From contig NW_021832536.1 in NCBI RefSeq assembly GCF_006345805.1, positions 49,791 to 113,790 of the forward strand: a DNA stretch of 64,000 nucleotides, read 5' to 3'. Position numbers and translations under genes: made by a program. Positions 12,665-25,222 of the stretch are shown here, piece by piece. Below the pieces are notes generated by a model. The model was given only the letters and a program-made list of their open reading frames with translations, had not been told where the DNA came from and did not search any database. Each line of letters begins with the position of its first letter. Within the stretch, counting starts at the first letter, position 1. This stretch comes from Octopus sinensis. Its lineage: Eukaryota.

Positions 12665-13075
12665 GCGTAGAGCTGGCAGAACCGTTAGCACGCCGGGCGA
12701 AATGCGTAGCCGTATTTCATCTGCCGTGACGTTCTGAGTTCAAATTCCGCCAAGGTCGACTTTGCCTTTCATCCTTTCAGGGTCGATAAATTAAGTACCA
12801 GTTACACACTGGGGTCGATATAATCGACTTAATCCGTTTGTCTTTCCTTGTTTGTCTCCTCTGTGTTTAGCCCCTTGTGGGTAGTAAAGAAATAGGTATT
12901 TCGTCTGCCGCTACGTTCTGAGTTCAAATTCTGCCGAGGTCGACTTTGCCTTTCATCCTTTCGGGGTCGATAAAGTAAGTACCAGTTTCCCACTGGGGTC
13001 GATATAATCAACTTAATCCGTTTGTCTGACCTTGTTTGTCCCCTCTGTGTTTAGCCCCTTGTGGGTAGTAAAGAT
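12665..13075 (+). mobile_element. SINE family B with tandem body units
   Basis: Same head and 184-bp units. Confidence 0.8.
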
Positions 13076-13251
13076 ACACTTACTGCTGTTGGTGCCACAA
13101 AAAAAGCACCCACTACACTCTGTAAAGTAGTTGGCATTAGGAAGGGCATCCAGCCATAGAAACCATGCCAAAAAAGACAGCAGAGTTTGCTGCTGTCTTC
13201 TCTCTTGCCAGCTCCTGTCAAACTGTCCAACCCAAGGAAAATGGACATTAA

Positions 13252-13472
13252 CCCTTTCGTTACTGTATTTATTTTCAGACCTCTGTGTTTCTTCCAATTA
13301 TTTTTAATATAACAAAGAATTTAGTAAAATAACATTGTTATAATTAAGCTAGTTTAAGGAACATAAATTGTGACTAAGGTTTGGCGGAAGATTTTTAATT
13401 CAGAACTTTTGAAAACCAGACATTTGTACTAAAGAGCCAGAGCCGGTTTCAGCCGGGTTAGTAATGAAAGGG
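13252..13472. mobile_element. TTAA-flanked MITE, second family, inserted in the TTAA of a family D tail
   Basis: GGACA-TTAA|CCCTTTCGTTAC...GTAATGAAAGGG|TTAA-ATGATGATG; related internal sequence at 16340-16995. Confidence 0.8.
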
Positions 13473-13621
13473 TTAAATGATGATGATGATGAGCGGTGGC
13501 CCGGGCAACGTATTACACCAAGAGGTGTGTAGAATCCTGGCTGATGTGTGTGTGTGTGTGGATCTTGCCAGTTTGAACATAAAACTGTTGGAATATTTGA
13601 GGTGGATTTGGGCTGGTTTAA

Positions 13622-13839
13622 CCCTTTAGTATTTAAACCGGCCATATCCGGCCAAAATAGCTAATCTGTTTTATTTCAAACTGACCAGATCCAGGCTCTC
13701 ACACCTACCCTACAATGTTATTCTACATTAAGTAATTACACCATCAAGATCTTGAAGATATGAGATAATGCATGATTAATTCAAATCAATGGGAATCAAT
13801 AAGCATTATGTTTGATAGAATAATCTGAACACTAAAGGG
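13622..13839. mobile_element. TTAA-flanked MITE (piggyBac-like termini)
   Basis: TTAA|CCCTTTAG...CTAAAGGG|TTAA; second copy at 19604-19996 carries a family D insertion. Confidence 0.8.
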
Positions 13840-14139
13840 TTAAATTCTAAATGGTTAAAACCATACAGCATGTTGAAGCAACCACTGCTTGTACACCTGT
13901 CTCCTGTTTACCTGAATTGCTAATTATAAATATATCCTGCTACGGAACCTGTCTTCAAGAAGTCCTTCTTTCATAATTTTTCTCTGTTACTCTTCCTTAT
14001 TCCATCCCTGAATGCTACCCGTTGTATGACTCTCCCTCCAGGTGTCGGTGTATTTCTTCTTTCTCAAGGTGTTGGCATATTTCTCGTCTTTACCAGTTTT
14101 TCCTCTCCCCTCTGCTTCTCTTTTAATATCTGATTCCAA

Positions 14140-14815
14140 CAGAAACAGAAATCACAATATTACTGGGAAATTGTAGTTGTGATACCTGTGCCGGCGGCAC
14201 GTAAAAAGCACCATCCAAACGTGGCCGATGCCAGCGCTGCCTTGACTGGCTTCTGTGCCAGTGACATGTAAAAAGTACCATCCAAATGTGGCCGATGCCA
14301 GCGCCGCTTTGACTGGCTTCTGCGCCGGTGGCACATAAAAAGCACCATCCGAGTGTGGCTGATGCCAGCGCCGCCTTGACTGGCTTTTGTGCCGGTGGCA
14401 CATGACCTGCTGTGCTTGAGGAGACCTATTGAGTCAAGTACATCAACATCAAAATAAATACTAAATGGAAATTGTAGTTAAGATACCTGTGCCGGTGGCA
14501 CGTAAAAAGCACCATCCAAACGTGCCAGCGCTGCCTAGACTGGCTTCTGTGCCGGTGGCACGTAAAAAGCACCAACCGATCGTAGCCGCTGCCAGCCTCC
14601 CCTGGTACCTGTGCTGGTGGCATGTAAAAAGCACCCACTATACTCACAGAGTGGTTGCCGTTAGGAAGGGCGTCCAGCTGTGGAAACACTGCCATATCAG
14701 ACTGGAGCCTGGTGCAGCCTCCTGGCTTCCCAGACCCTGATCGAACCGTCCAACCCGTGCTAGCACGGAAAGCGGACTTTAAACGATGATGATGATGATG
14801 ATGAAGATGATGATG
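14140..14815 (+). mobile_element. (GAT)n-tailed SINE-like family D with internal GTGCCGGTGGCACGTAAAAAGCACC repeats
   Basis: GTTAGGAAGGGCATCCAGCTG...TCCAACCCATGCTAGCATGGAAAACGGACGTTAAACGATGATGAT end; other copies near 7490-7930, 9275-9660, 20365-21060, 41460-41930 (all -) and 19777-19945, 22300-22450 (+). Confidence 0.8.
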
Positions 14816-15203
14816 ATTACAGAGGTTGGATACTACACTTTTTCCAAAAATGTTCTTGATTCAGTTGCTTGATTTATCAATGGTGTAGCCTAGGATTGAA
14901 ACCACGACTATTTTATAAAGTGAGCTGTATAAAATAAAGAAATATAATTAAAAGATGAACTCCTGGAGAAATTTGAACTCACATCCAGTTGATAACTTGG
15001 TCTGTGTAATTACCATTGTACCACATGTCATCAGCTTAATGTTTTTACTTACAGTCCAGGTCTGGTCCCACTACATGAGGCTTTGATTTTACCATAGAGT
15101 GAGTTGGTTTGAGGTTTGTTAGTAAAATTTAGTTGATACAATTCAGAAACTGTGTGGAATCCTGCCTTAGATCTGTGGATAATGCAGTAGTAATCTGTAT
15201 TAG

Positions 15204-15590
15204 GAGGCGCAATGACCCAGTGGTTAGGGCAGCGGACTCGCGGTCGTAGGATCGCGGTTTCGATTCCCAGACTAGGCGTTGTGAGTGTTTATTGAGCGAA
15301 AACACCTAAAAGCTCCACGAGGCTCCGGCAGGGGATGGTGGTGATCCCTGCTGTACTCTTTCACCACAACTTTCTCTCACTCTTACTTCCTGTTTCTGTT
15401 GTACCTGTATTTCAAAAGGGCCGGCCTTGTCACTCTCTGTGTCACGCTGAATATCCCTGAGAACTACGTTAAGGGTGTACGTGTCTGTGGAGTGCTCAGC
15501 CACTTACACATTAATTTCATGAGCAGGCTGTTCCGGTGATTCAGATCAACCGGAACCCTCATCATCGTAACCGACGGAGTGCTTCCAGTA
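15204..15590 (+). mobile_element. tRNA-derived SINE family C, full length
   Basis: Head GGAGGCGCAATGGCCCAGTGGTTAGGGCAGCGGACTCGCGG...GGTTTCGATTCCC with A and B boxes; tail ...AACCGACGGAGTGCTTCCA. Confidence 0.85.
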
Positions 15591-15844
15591 AATGTGATTT
15601 AGGCTTTAACTGAGAGATGTGAGTTCAAATTTCAACTTGATATTTTCTCTGTTGTTCTGTTCACACTTCATCAGGAAACAATTTAAAACAATGGCAACAG
15701 TTGTTTAATCTATTTATGCAAATAGGTAAATTTTCACACCTATCCAACCCGTAGCAATGTAAACGATTATTGTTAAGAATACCCCTACTCACAATTAATT
15801 AGTAATTATCGACTAATTTGTAAGACATAAACTCTAATTTACAG

Positions 15845-15968
15845 ATCGATGGTGATTATATATCTGGTATATGTTTCGTTGGCTATGTCAACCGTGGAGT
15901 ACGTGCTGGATTTGTTCTTGTACCAATTGCCATAGTCCTTATCTTAGGACTCAATTTTATGGTCAGAA
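15845..15968 (+). CDS. smo: Smoothened exon 5: ECL2 and TM5 (not in the ORF track)
   Basis: ctctaatttacag|ATC; [41 protein letters not shown]; A|gtaagt; 124 nt, phase 0-1. Confidence 0.95.
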
Positions 15969-16169
15969 GTAAGTATTTTCCTCTATTTTTATTCGGTACA
16001 TTCTATACCCGGGTGTCCATGTATCTACTCTACAGCAAGACACCTGTCCCTGTTCCTGTATACCTTTAATTTCTCATCAACTGGCACAAAACCACCCCAC
16101 CTCACTGTTACTCCCTATGCCCAGCTGATGGGGTTTTGCCCTGCGAGTTACTTTGCGATCCTGTTAGTG

Positions 16170-16338
16170 CTGTTGCCATGTAAAAAGCACTGGTGCTGGT
16201 ACCACATAGAAAGGATTGGTGCTGGTACTATGTAAAAAGCACTGGTGCTGGTACCATGTAAAAAGCACTGGTGCTGGTACCATGTAAAAAGCACTGTTGC
16301 TCGTACCATGTAAAAAGCACTGGTGCTGGTACCACACT
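16170..16338. repeat. 26-bp tandem repeat, about 6 copies
   Basis: CATGTAAAAAGCACTGGTGCTGGTAC units, related to the internal repeats of the (GAT)n-tailed SINE family. Confidence 0.85.
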
Positions 16339-17423
16339 TTAACCCTTTCGTTACCAACCCACCTGAAACCACCTCTGACGCTGAGTACAAATGTCCTGTT
16401 TTTATAAGTTCTGAATCAAAATCTTCCACGAAACCTTAGTCACAGTTTATGTTCCTAACACTAGCTTAATGATAACCAAGTTATTTTACTAAATTCTTTG
16501 TTATATTTAAAGTAATTGAAAGAAACACAGAGCATCTCAAAATAAATACGCCCTGGGGTCGATTTGTTCGACTAAAGGCGGTGCTCCGGCATGGCCGCAG
16601 TCAAATGACTGAAACAAATACAAAAATAAAAGAATATATATAGGCGCAGGAGTGGCTGTGTGGTAAGTAGCTTGCTTACACATAGTTCCGGGTTTAGTCC
16701 CACTACGTGGCACCTTGGGCAAGTGTCTTCTATTATAGCCTTGTCTGGCAAATTATTTTATTTGCTAAAAAAAATTTGAAACTTAGGTCTGACCGGATTA
16801 AAATAAGGTAAAAGTTTATGTTTTTCATTTTCTCTATATAGAGAGTCCAAAATTCTTCCACCAAACCTTAGTCACATTTCATGTTCCTAACACTAGCTGA
16901 ATGATAACTAAGTTATTTTACTAAATTCTTTGTTATATTTAAAGTAATTCAAAGAAACAGAGGTCTGAAAATAAATAAAGTAACGAAAGGGTTAATATCC
17001 ATTTTCCATGCTGGCATGGGTTGGACAGTTTGACAGAAGCTGGCAAGAGAGAAGACTGCACCAAACACTGCTGTCTGTTTTGGCATGGTTTCTATGGCTG
17101 GATGCCCTTCCTAATGCCAACCACTTTACAGAGTGTAGTGGGTGCTTTTTATGTGGCACCAACAGCAGTAAGTGTATCTTTACAACCCACAAGGGGCTAA
17201 ACAGAGGGGACAAACAAATAAATACAGTAACGCAAGGGTTAATATACAACAATACATTTAAAATTGAGGGCGAGGGGGGGGGGGTAGGTTGAGCGGGGTG
17301 GGTGTTTAAAATTTTGAAAACCTTTTTTGTTTGCCTATTCGACATGGGACCTAGGAATCCACATAAACGTTTTCAGAAAAATGCATTATTCAAGGTGAAG
17401 TGTGAATCAATAATAAACCCCTG

Positions 17424-17842
17424 GGATCTTTTTGGTTTGAACAGCAGTTTTTTCTAGCAATGTCATATGAAATTGTCACCCATAATTATGACCCTAGTAT
17501 CGATCTATTGCATTTCAATCTGTTTTAGGGTTAGGGTTAGGGGTGGCGGGAAGGGTATCCTTTTTTGTTCAGAAATGTAAATAAACCCAATCTGTTTCTT
17601 AAACGAGGGACATTTTCATACGGCACAGAATGTTTTTTACCTCAGCAGACGTCATTGATTGGTTGAAATTGCAGAAATGGAAGAAAAAAAACAACAAATA
17701 TCTTACAAACTATAGAATATTCTCAATAAAGCCAAGAGAAAAAGATGTTCTATAAACACATTCTACCAGTATACGAAGTTTAAAAGTGTTTAGTTACGTG
17801 GAAATTATTTTTAAAAAACTGCCGTTCAAACCGAAAAGATCC
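17424..17842. mobile_element. ~420-bp MITE with 24-bp TIRs
   Basis: GGATCTTTT(C/T)GGTTTGAAC(G/A)GCAG ... CTGCCGTTCAAACCGAAAAGATCC; opposite-orientation copy at 53035-53451. Confidence 0.85.
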
Positions 17843-18519
17843 CAAATTTGTAATCTAAGTCATAAATTAGGATAGAGGGACAGAAAGGGGAATATAATCG
17901 ATGAAAAGATCAAAATTATCTGCCATCCATGCACATTAAGATTCGAACTCAAAGATTTTATGAAGACATTTAGTCGTCCTGCAAGCACTCTACGCGTTCG
18001 ACCAAATTATCGAGTCACCGATGTAAGGGAGATAATTCTGGTTGGTTTCACTGGTCTTGCCAGTTAGAATTGTTTAGTGAAAGAAAATATCAGGTGTAGC
18101 AGTGGAGGTGGTTTTAGCAGCAGCAGTAACAGTGGAGGGGCAATGGCCCAGTGGTTAGGGCAGCGGACTCGCGGTCGGAGGATCGCGGTTTCGATTCCCA
18201 GACCGGGCGTTGTGTGTGTGTGTTTATTCAGCGAAAACACCTAAAGCTCCATGAGGCTTCCTGTTTCTTGTCCCCAACTTCCTACGCAACCGCTGAGCCT
18301 GGATGCGCATTCATCAATCCGTCGATGCTCTCGGTGTCGGGGGTTGACCTGCTTTTTCTTCTGCGGGTCTTACGAATAGCAAAGGACCACGTTTCGGACT
18401 TCTCCCACAAATGGGACGAAGACCGTTTCGCTCAACAAACAAACAGCAGCTGCAGTAGCTGTAGCAGTTATTGTTTAACCACCAGATCGAAGGTGTCCCA
18501 GTCGTGGCGATCCAGTCTT

Positions 18520-18915
18520 CAGGCGTGGTTGTGTGGTAAGACACTTGCTTCCCAACCACATGGTTCCAAGTTCAGTCCCACTGTGTGGAAGCTTGGGCAA
18601 GTGTCTTCTACTGTAGCCTCGAACCGACCAAAGCGTTGTGAGTGGATTTGGTAGACGGAAACTGAAAGAAGCCTGTCGTATAAATGTATATATTTATATG
18701 TATGTGTGTATGTTTGTGTGTCTGTGTTTGTCCCCCTAGCATTGTTTGACAACCGATGCTGGTGTGTTTACGTCCCCGTCACTTAGCGGTTCGGCAAAAG
18801 AGACCGATAGAATAAGTACTGGGCTTACAAAGAATAAGTCCTGGGGTCGATTTGCTCGACTAAAGGCGGTGCTCCAGCATGGCCGCAGTCAAATGACTGA
18901 AACAAGTAAAAAATA
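18520..18915 (+). mobile_element. SINE family A, full length
   Basis: Head, central (TA)/(TG) tract, tail ending CAGTCAAATGACTGAAACAAGTAAAA. Confidence 0.85.
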
Positions 18916-20035
18916 AAAAAAATTGGTGTGTGTGTGTGTTTGTCCCCCTGCCTTCATTTGACAGCTTATGCTGGTATGCTTATGTCCCTATAACTTAGCA
19001 GTTTGGCAAAAGCGACCGATTGAATAAGTACTAGGCTTACAAAGAATAAGTCCTGGGGTCGATTTGCTTGACTAAAACCCTTCAAGGTGGTGCTCCAGCA
19101 TGGCCACAGTCAAATGACTGAAACAAGTAAAAGAATAAAAGAAACTCCTGACTGGACTGTTTCATGTCTTCTTTAAGATCATACCTGGTGTTAAATATGG
19201 CTTTTTTTTTGTTCAAGTCCGCAGGCTGCGACCATGCTGGGGCATTGGCATTATTTATGGCCATATTGGGGCACCACCACGAAGACTAGCTGACCCCAGT
19301 TAACCCCAGTAATTGTTTTGAAGGCTGGTACTTATTCTGTCAGTCTCTTTTGTCAAACCGCTAAGTTATTTGTGACGTAAAAAAAAAAACTGCCAAGGAG
19401 TGGCTGTGTGGTAAGTAGCCTGCTTACCAACCACATGGTTCCGGGTTCAGTCCCACTGCGTGGCATCTTGGGCAAGTGTCTTCTACTATAGCCTCGGGCC
19501 GACCAAAGCCTTGTGTATGAATTTGGTAGATGGAAGCTGAAAGAATCTAACTGATTCCAACATAAAACAGGTAGAATATTTTGTCCAGAGACGGTCAGTT
19601 TAACCCTTTAGCATTTAAACTGGCCATATCCAGCCAAAAGTATTCTGCCTGTTTTATGTTCAAACTGGCCAGATCTGGTCTCTCACACCAACCCTACAAT
19701 ATCGTTTTAAAAATTAACAGCTATCTCATAGCTACAAGATTAATGAATGATTAGTTCAAAACAATGTGGATGAAAAACTACACTCACGGAGTGGTTGGCG
19801 TTAGGAAGGGCATCCAGCTGTAGAAACATTGCCAGATAAGACTGGAGCCTGGTGCAGCCTTCTGGCTTCCCAGATCCCCGGTCGAACCGTCCAACCCATG
19901 CTAGCATGGAGAACGGACGTTAAACGATGATGATGATGATGATGAATGTGGATAAAAAAGGATTAATTTTGGCAGAATAATGTGAACACTAAAGGGTTAA
20001 GTGATAATGGGTTAAACTGTACTTTTTATTTCTAG

Positions 20036-20128
20036 GTTTATGTACTCTAATCAGCGTGAAGAAGGAGACACCGGACTTTATTGGAGACAAAGCCACTGCC
20101 AAGATCCAGGAGACAATCATTAGAATTG
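20036..20128 (+). CDS. smo: Smoothened exon 6: ICL3 and start of TM6 (not in the ORF track)
   Basis: tttttatttctag|GT; (S)LCTLISVKKETPDFIGDKATAKIQETIIRI(G); G|gtcagt; 93 nt, phase 1-1. Confidence 0.93.
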
Positions 20129-21809
20129 GTCAGTATTAATTATTTATTTTAATTGGCTTTAATTGCTCAGTAATGATTTACCTTTTGTCTTTTACTTCCT
20201 TTAGTCATTGGACTGTGGCCATACTGGGGCACCGCTTTGAAGGATTTAGTTGAACAGATTGGCCCCAGAACTTATTTTATTTTTAAGCCTGGTACTCTCT
20301 CTACTGTTTTTTTTTTTGTGCCAAACTGTGAAGTTATGAGGATGTAAACAAACCAGCACTGGTTCATCATCATCGTTTAACGTCCACCTTCCATGCTAGC
20401 ATGGGTTGGACGATTTTGACTGTGGGCTGGCGAGCCAGACGGCCGCATCAGGCTCCAGTCTTGATCTGGCAGGGATTCTACAGCTGGATGCCCTTCCTAA
20501 CGCCAACCACTCCAAGAGTGCAGCGGGTGCTTTTTTACGTGCCACTGACACGGGGCCAGTCAGGCGGTACTGGCAATGACCTCGCTTGAATCTTTTTACA
20601 CGTGCCACCAACACAGGTGCCAGTAAGGCGATGCTGGTAAAGATCACGCTCGAATGGTGCCCTTTTACGTGCCATGGGGGCCAGTCGGGCGGTACTAGCA
20701 AAGACTTTGCTTGAATCTTTTTACACATGTCACCGGCACAGGTGTCAGTAAGGCGACATTGGCAACGATCACATTCGAATGGTGCCCTTTTACGTGCCAA
20801 GGGTACAGAAGCCAGTTGGCTGCTCTGGCAATGATCACACTGGGATGGTGCTCTTGGCACCCTACTAGCACGGGCACAAGTGCCAGTAAGGCGACACTGG
20901 TAATGATCACGCTCGAATGGTACCCTTTTACATGCCACGGCAGGGGACCAGTCAGGCGGTACTGGCAACAACCTCGCTCAAATCTTTTTACACACACCAC
21001 CAGCACAGGTGCCAGTAAGGCGACATTGGCAACGATCACACTCGGATGGGGAAACCCACAAACATAGACACACACACACATACACACACACAAATGGGCT
21101 TCTATCAGGTTCTGTAGAAGACGCTTGACCAATGTGGAATACAGGGGAACTGAACTCAGAACCATGTGGTTAGGAAATCAACTTCTTACCACACATCGAT
21201 GTTTGCACCTAACTACTCTAGTTAGTATTAAAAATATATACCCTAATTATTCTAATTGGTCAATGTTAATTATACATTCTAATGCTGGTGTGTTTACGTT
21301 CCTGTAACTTAGCGGTTCGGCAAAAAAGACTGATAGAATAAGTACTAGGCTTATCATAATTATGCTAATTATAATTATACTAATTAATCAGTATTTAGTA
21401 ATTAATCTTTATTATTCTAATTAGTCAGTATTAATGTCTTATCCTGACTAATTGATTTTAATTATTCATCTTAATTATTCATTATCTTTCCTGGATTTCT
21501 TTTGTTGTTTTTGTTTTTATATGCTCAATAAATTCATGTTGATTAAACAAGTGTTAATTATTTACTATGTTAATTATTTAAATTTTTGTTGCTATTCAGT
21601 CAACCGTGACTGAATAAAACTATGATTAATGATATTCCAGCTGTGATCATTCTGTCTTTTTTGTGTATTGAGTGCTACATTTCTTAAGAGAGTAGAGTGT
21701 GATTCAAGGGAGAGATTTAACTGCTATTTTTAGCAGTTCAAGTGGTTGATTGACTGGTTAATCAAACCAAACAATTAGTAAATTATTATTTGATTGTTTT
21801 TTTCTTTTA

Positions 21810-22200
21810 TTTGTTTTCAGTCATTTGACTGTGGCCATGCTGGAGCACCACCTTTAGCCGAGCAAATCGACCCCCAGGACTTATTCTTTGGAAGCCTAGT
21901 ACTTATTCTATCAGTCTCTTTTGCTGAACCGCTATGTTATGGTGATGTAAACACACCAGCATCGGTTGTCAAGCAATGTTGAGGGGACACAGACATAGAA
22001 ACATACACACACACGCACTCATATATATACATATATACGATGGGCTTCTTTCGGTTTCCATTTACCAAATTCACTCAGAAGGCTTTGGTCGGCCCGAGGC
22101 TATAAGTAGAAGACACTTGCCCAAGGTTCCACGCAGTGGGAATGAACCCAGAACCATGTGGTTGGTAAACAAGCTACTTACCACACTGCCACTTCTACGC
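21810..22200 (-). mobile_element. SINE family A, full length
   Basis: Reverse complement of the family A consensus. Confidence 0.85.
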
Positions 22201-22522
22201 TTATATATATTGATGTAGAAGGTATATATGTTTATGGAATTTTCACCTACTTGCCAATTAAATGAGTAGGTACTTCAGTTAATTAAACTACTAGATACGG
22301 AGTTATTGGCGTTAGGAAGGGCATCCAGCTGTAGAAACACTGCCAGACCAGACTGGAGCCTGGTGCAGCCTCCATGGCTTACCAGACCCCAGTTGAACCG
22401 TCCAACCCATGCTAGCATGGAAAACGGACGTTAAACGATGATGATGATGCGGATTCATTATGAAAACTTACAGTGATGATGATAATGATGATGATGATGA
22501 TGATTCATTATCAACACATGGG

Positions 22523-22927
22523 CGCAGGAGTGGCTGTGTGGTAAGTAGCTTGCTTACCAACCACATGGTTCCGGGTTCAGTCCCACTGCTTGGCATCTTG
22601 GGCAAGTGTCTTCTGCTATAGTCCCGGGCCGACCAATGCCTTGTGAGTGGATTTGGTAGACGGAAACTGAAAGAAGCCTGTCGTATATATGTATATATAT
22701 ATGTGTTTGTGTGATTGTGTTTGTCCCCCTAGCATTGCTTGACAACCGATGCTGGTGTGTTTACGTCCCCGTCACTTAGCGGTTCGGCAAAAGAGACCGA
22801 TAGAATAAGTACTGGGCTTACAAAGAATAAGTCCCGGGGTCGATTTGCTCGACTAAAGGCGGTGCTCCAGCATGGCTGCAGTCAAATGACTGAAACAAGT
22901 AAAAGAGTAAACAAGAGTAAAGAGTGA
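22523..22927 (+). mobile_element. SINE family A, full length
   Basis: Near-consensus copy with AAAGAGT tail. Confidence 0.9.
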
Positions 22928-23154
22928 TGATGATAATGATGATGATGATGATGATTCATTATCAAGACTTATAGTGTTGTTGTTATTGTTGTTGTTATTG
23001 CTAGTGGTAATAGTAGTAGTCGTGGTGGTGTTGGTGGTGTTATTCATGGATTACTTCCATGTGTCTTGGCTTCACAGAAGCCACATTCATGAAATACATG
23101 TTAAAGCTAATTCTTCGTCTCTGTTTATCTCTCTTCTGGTCTTTTCCGATCCAG

Positions 23155-23263
23155 GAATGTTCTCCGGTCTTGCAGTGCTGTTCGTCTGTGTCACCTTTGC
23201 TGTCCATACGTATATATTTGTCTGGGAGGAAGACTGGCGGAAGAATCTCAAGAATTATGTCAT
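23155..23263 (+). CDS. smo: Smoothened exon 7: TM6 and ECL3
   Basis: ttttccgatccag|GA; (G)MFSGLAVLFVCVTFAVHTYIFVWEEDWRKNLKNYV; AT|gtaatc; 109 nt, phase 1-2. Confidence 0.93.
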
Positions 23264-23439
23264 GTAATCCTCATTTTTTCATTCATATTCTGTTGCAATG
23301 GTACTTTAGTTGTGTGTGTGTGTGTGTGTGCATGCAGGTGTATGTATGTGCATGTGTGTGTGTTTTGAGGGAATCCTGGAAACCCCCCACATGACTGAAG
23401 GTGGACTAACCAATTACAATAAAAAAAACTGAGGCAGCA

Positions 23440-23830
23440 AGCTGGCAGAACCGCTAGCACGCCAGGCAAAATGCTTAGCGGTATTTTGTCTGCTGCTACG
23501 TTCTGAGTTCAAATTCAGCCGAGGTTGACTTTGCCTTTCATCCTTTCGGGGTCGATTAAATAAGTACAAGTTACGCACTGGAGTCGATATAATCGACTTA
23601 ATCCGTTTGTCTGTCCTTGTTTGTCCTCTCTGTGTTAGGCCCCTTGTGGGTAGTAAAGAAATAGGTATTTCATCTGCCGTTACGTTCTGAGTTCAAATTC
23701 CGCCGAGGTCGACTTTGCCTTTCATCCTTTCGGGGTCGATAAATTAAGTACCAGTTGCGTAATGGGTCATCCAATCGACTGGCCCCCTCCCGCCAAAATT
23801 TCGAGCCTTGTGCCTAGAGTAGAAAAGAAT
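23440..23830 (+). mobile_element. SINE family B with tandem body units
   Basis: Same head and units. Confidence 0.8.
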
Positions 23831-23934
23831 AAATAAGAACTGAGTGAACTGTCAGCAGGTGGGGGTAGTTGTCGGTGTTAGTTTGAAGTGTGTTAGTTTA
23901 ACAGCTGGTAGTTGAACAGTGAATACTAAGTATC

Positions 23935-24712
23935 TATTTCTTTACTACCCACAAGATGCTAAACGCAGAGAGGACAAACAAGGACAGACAAATGGATTAA
24001 GTTGATTATATCGACCGCAGTGCGTATCCGGTACCTACTTAATTGATCCCCGAAAGGATGAAAGGCAAAGTTGACCTCGGCGGAATTTGAACTCAGAACG
24101 TAACGGCAGACGAAATACCTTTTTCTTTACTACCCACAAGGGGCCTAACGCAGAGAGGACAGACAAATGGATTAAGTTGATTATATCGACCCCAGTGCGT
24201 AACTGGTACTTACTTAATTGACCTCCGAAAGGATGAAAGGCAAAGTCGACCACGGCGGAATTTGAACCCAGAACGTAACGGCAGACGAAATACCTTTTTC
24301 TTTACTACCCACAAGGGGCTAAACACAGAGAGGACAAACAAGGACAGACAAATGGATTAAGTCGATTATATCGACCCCAGTGCGTAACTGGTACTTACTT
24401 AATTGATCCCCGAAAAGATGAAAGGCAAAGTCGACCTCGGCAGAATTCGAACTCAGAACGTAACGGCAGACGAAATACCTTTTTCTTTACTACCCACTAG
24501 GGGCTAAACGCAGAGAGGACAAACAAGGACAGACAAATGGATTAAGTCGATTATATTGACCCCAGTGCGTAACTGGTCCTTATTTAATCGACCCCGAAAG
24601 GATGAAAGGCAAAGTCGACCTCGGCGGAATTTGAACTCAGAACGTAACGGTAGACGAAATACAGCTACGCATTTCGCCCAGCCTGCTAACATTTCTGCCA
24701 GCTCGCCGCCTT
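23935..24712 (-). mobile_element. SINE family B, 4-5 tandem body units, reverse orientation
   Basis: GAAATAC anchors near 24112, 24289, 24473, 24657; head at the right end. Confidence 0.85.
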
Positions 24713-24849
24713 AATACTAAGTATCGTACCTACGTAAGAGTAGTACTGAGTGCATTCTGTGTTAACATATCTTTCTGCGATAGCTTGATTTTAGATAACC
24801 ATAACCAAGTATTTATTTGTGTAATGCCATTTTACACCAGATGTGTTGG

Positions 24850-25222
24850 AAGCACTCCGTCGGTTATGACGACGAGGGTTCCGGTTGATCCGATCAACGG
24901 AACAGCCTGCTTGTGAAATTAATGTGTAAGTGGCTGAGCACTCCACAGACACGTGTTCCCTGAACGTAGTTCTCGGGGATATTCAGCGTGACACAGAGAG
25001 TGACAAGGCCGGCCCTTTGAAATACAGGTACAACAGAAACAGGAAGTAAGAGTGAGAGAAAGTTGTGATGAAAGAGTACAGCAGGGATCACCACCATCCC
25101 CTGCCGGAGCCTCGTGGAGCTTTTAGGTGTTTTCGCTCAATAAACACTCACAACGCCCGGTCTGGGAATCAAAACCGCGATCCTACGACCGCGAGTCCGC
25201 TGCCCTAACCACTGGGACATTG
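24850..25222 (-). mobile_element. SINE family C, full length
   Basis: Reverse complement of 15204-15590. Confidence 0.85.

Noticed and set aside
15204-15280. tRNA-like sequences here and at 3600, 18134, 22523 and others
   Set aside because: These are SINE heads: A/B boxes without a complete cloverleaf, continuing into SINE bodies
20396-21165. 118-191 aa Cys/Arg-rich ORFs
   Set aside because: Internal tandem repeats of the family D SINE; no domain or splice support
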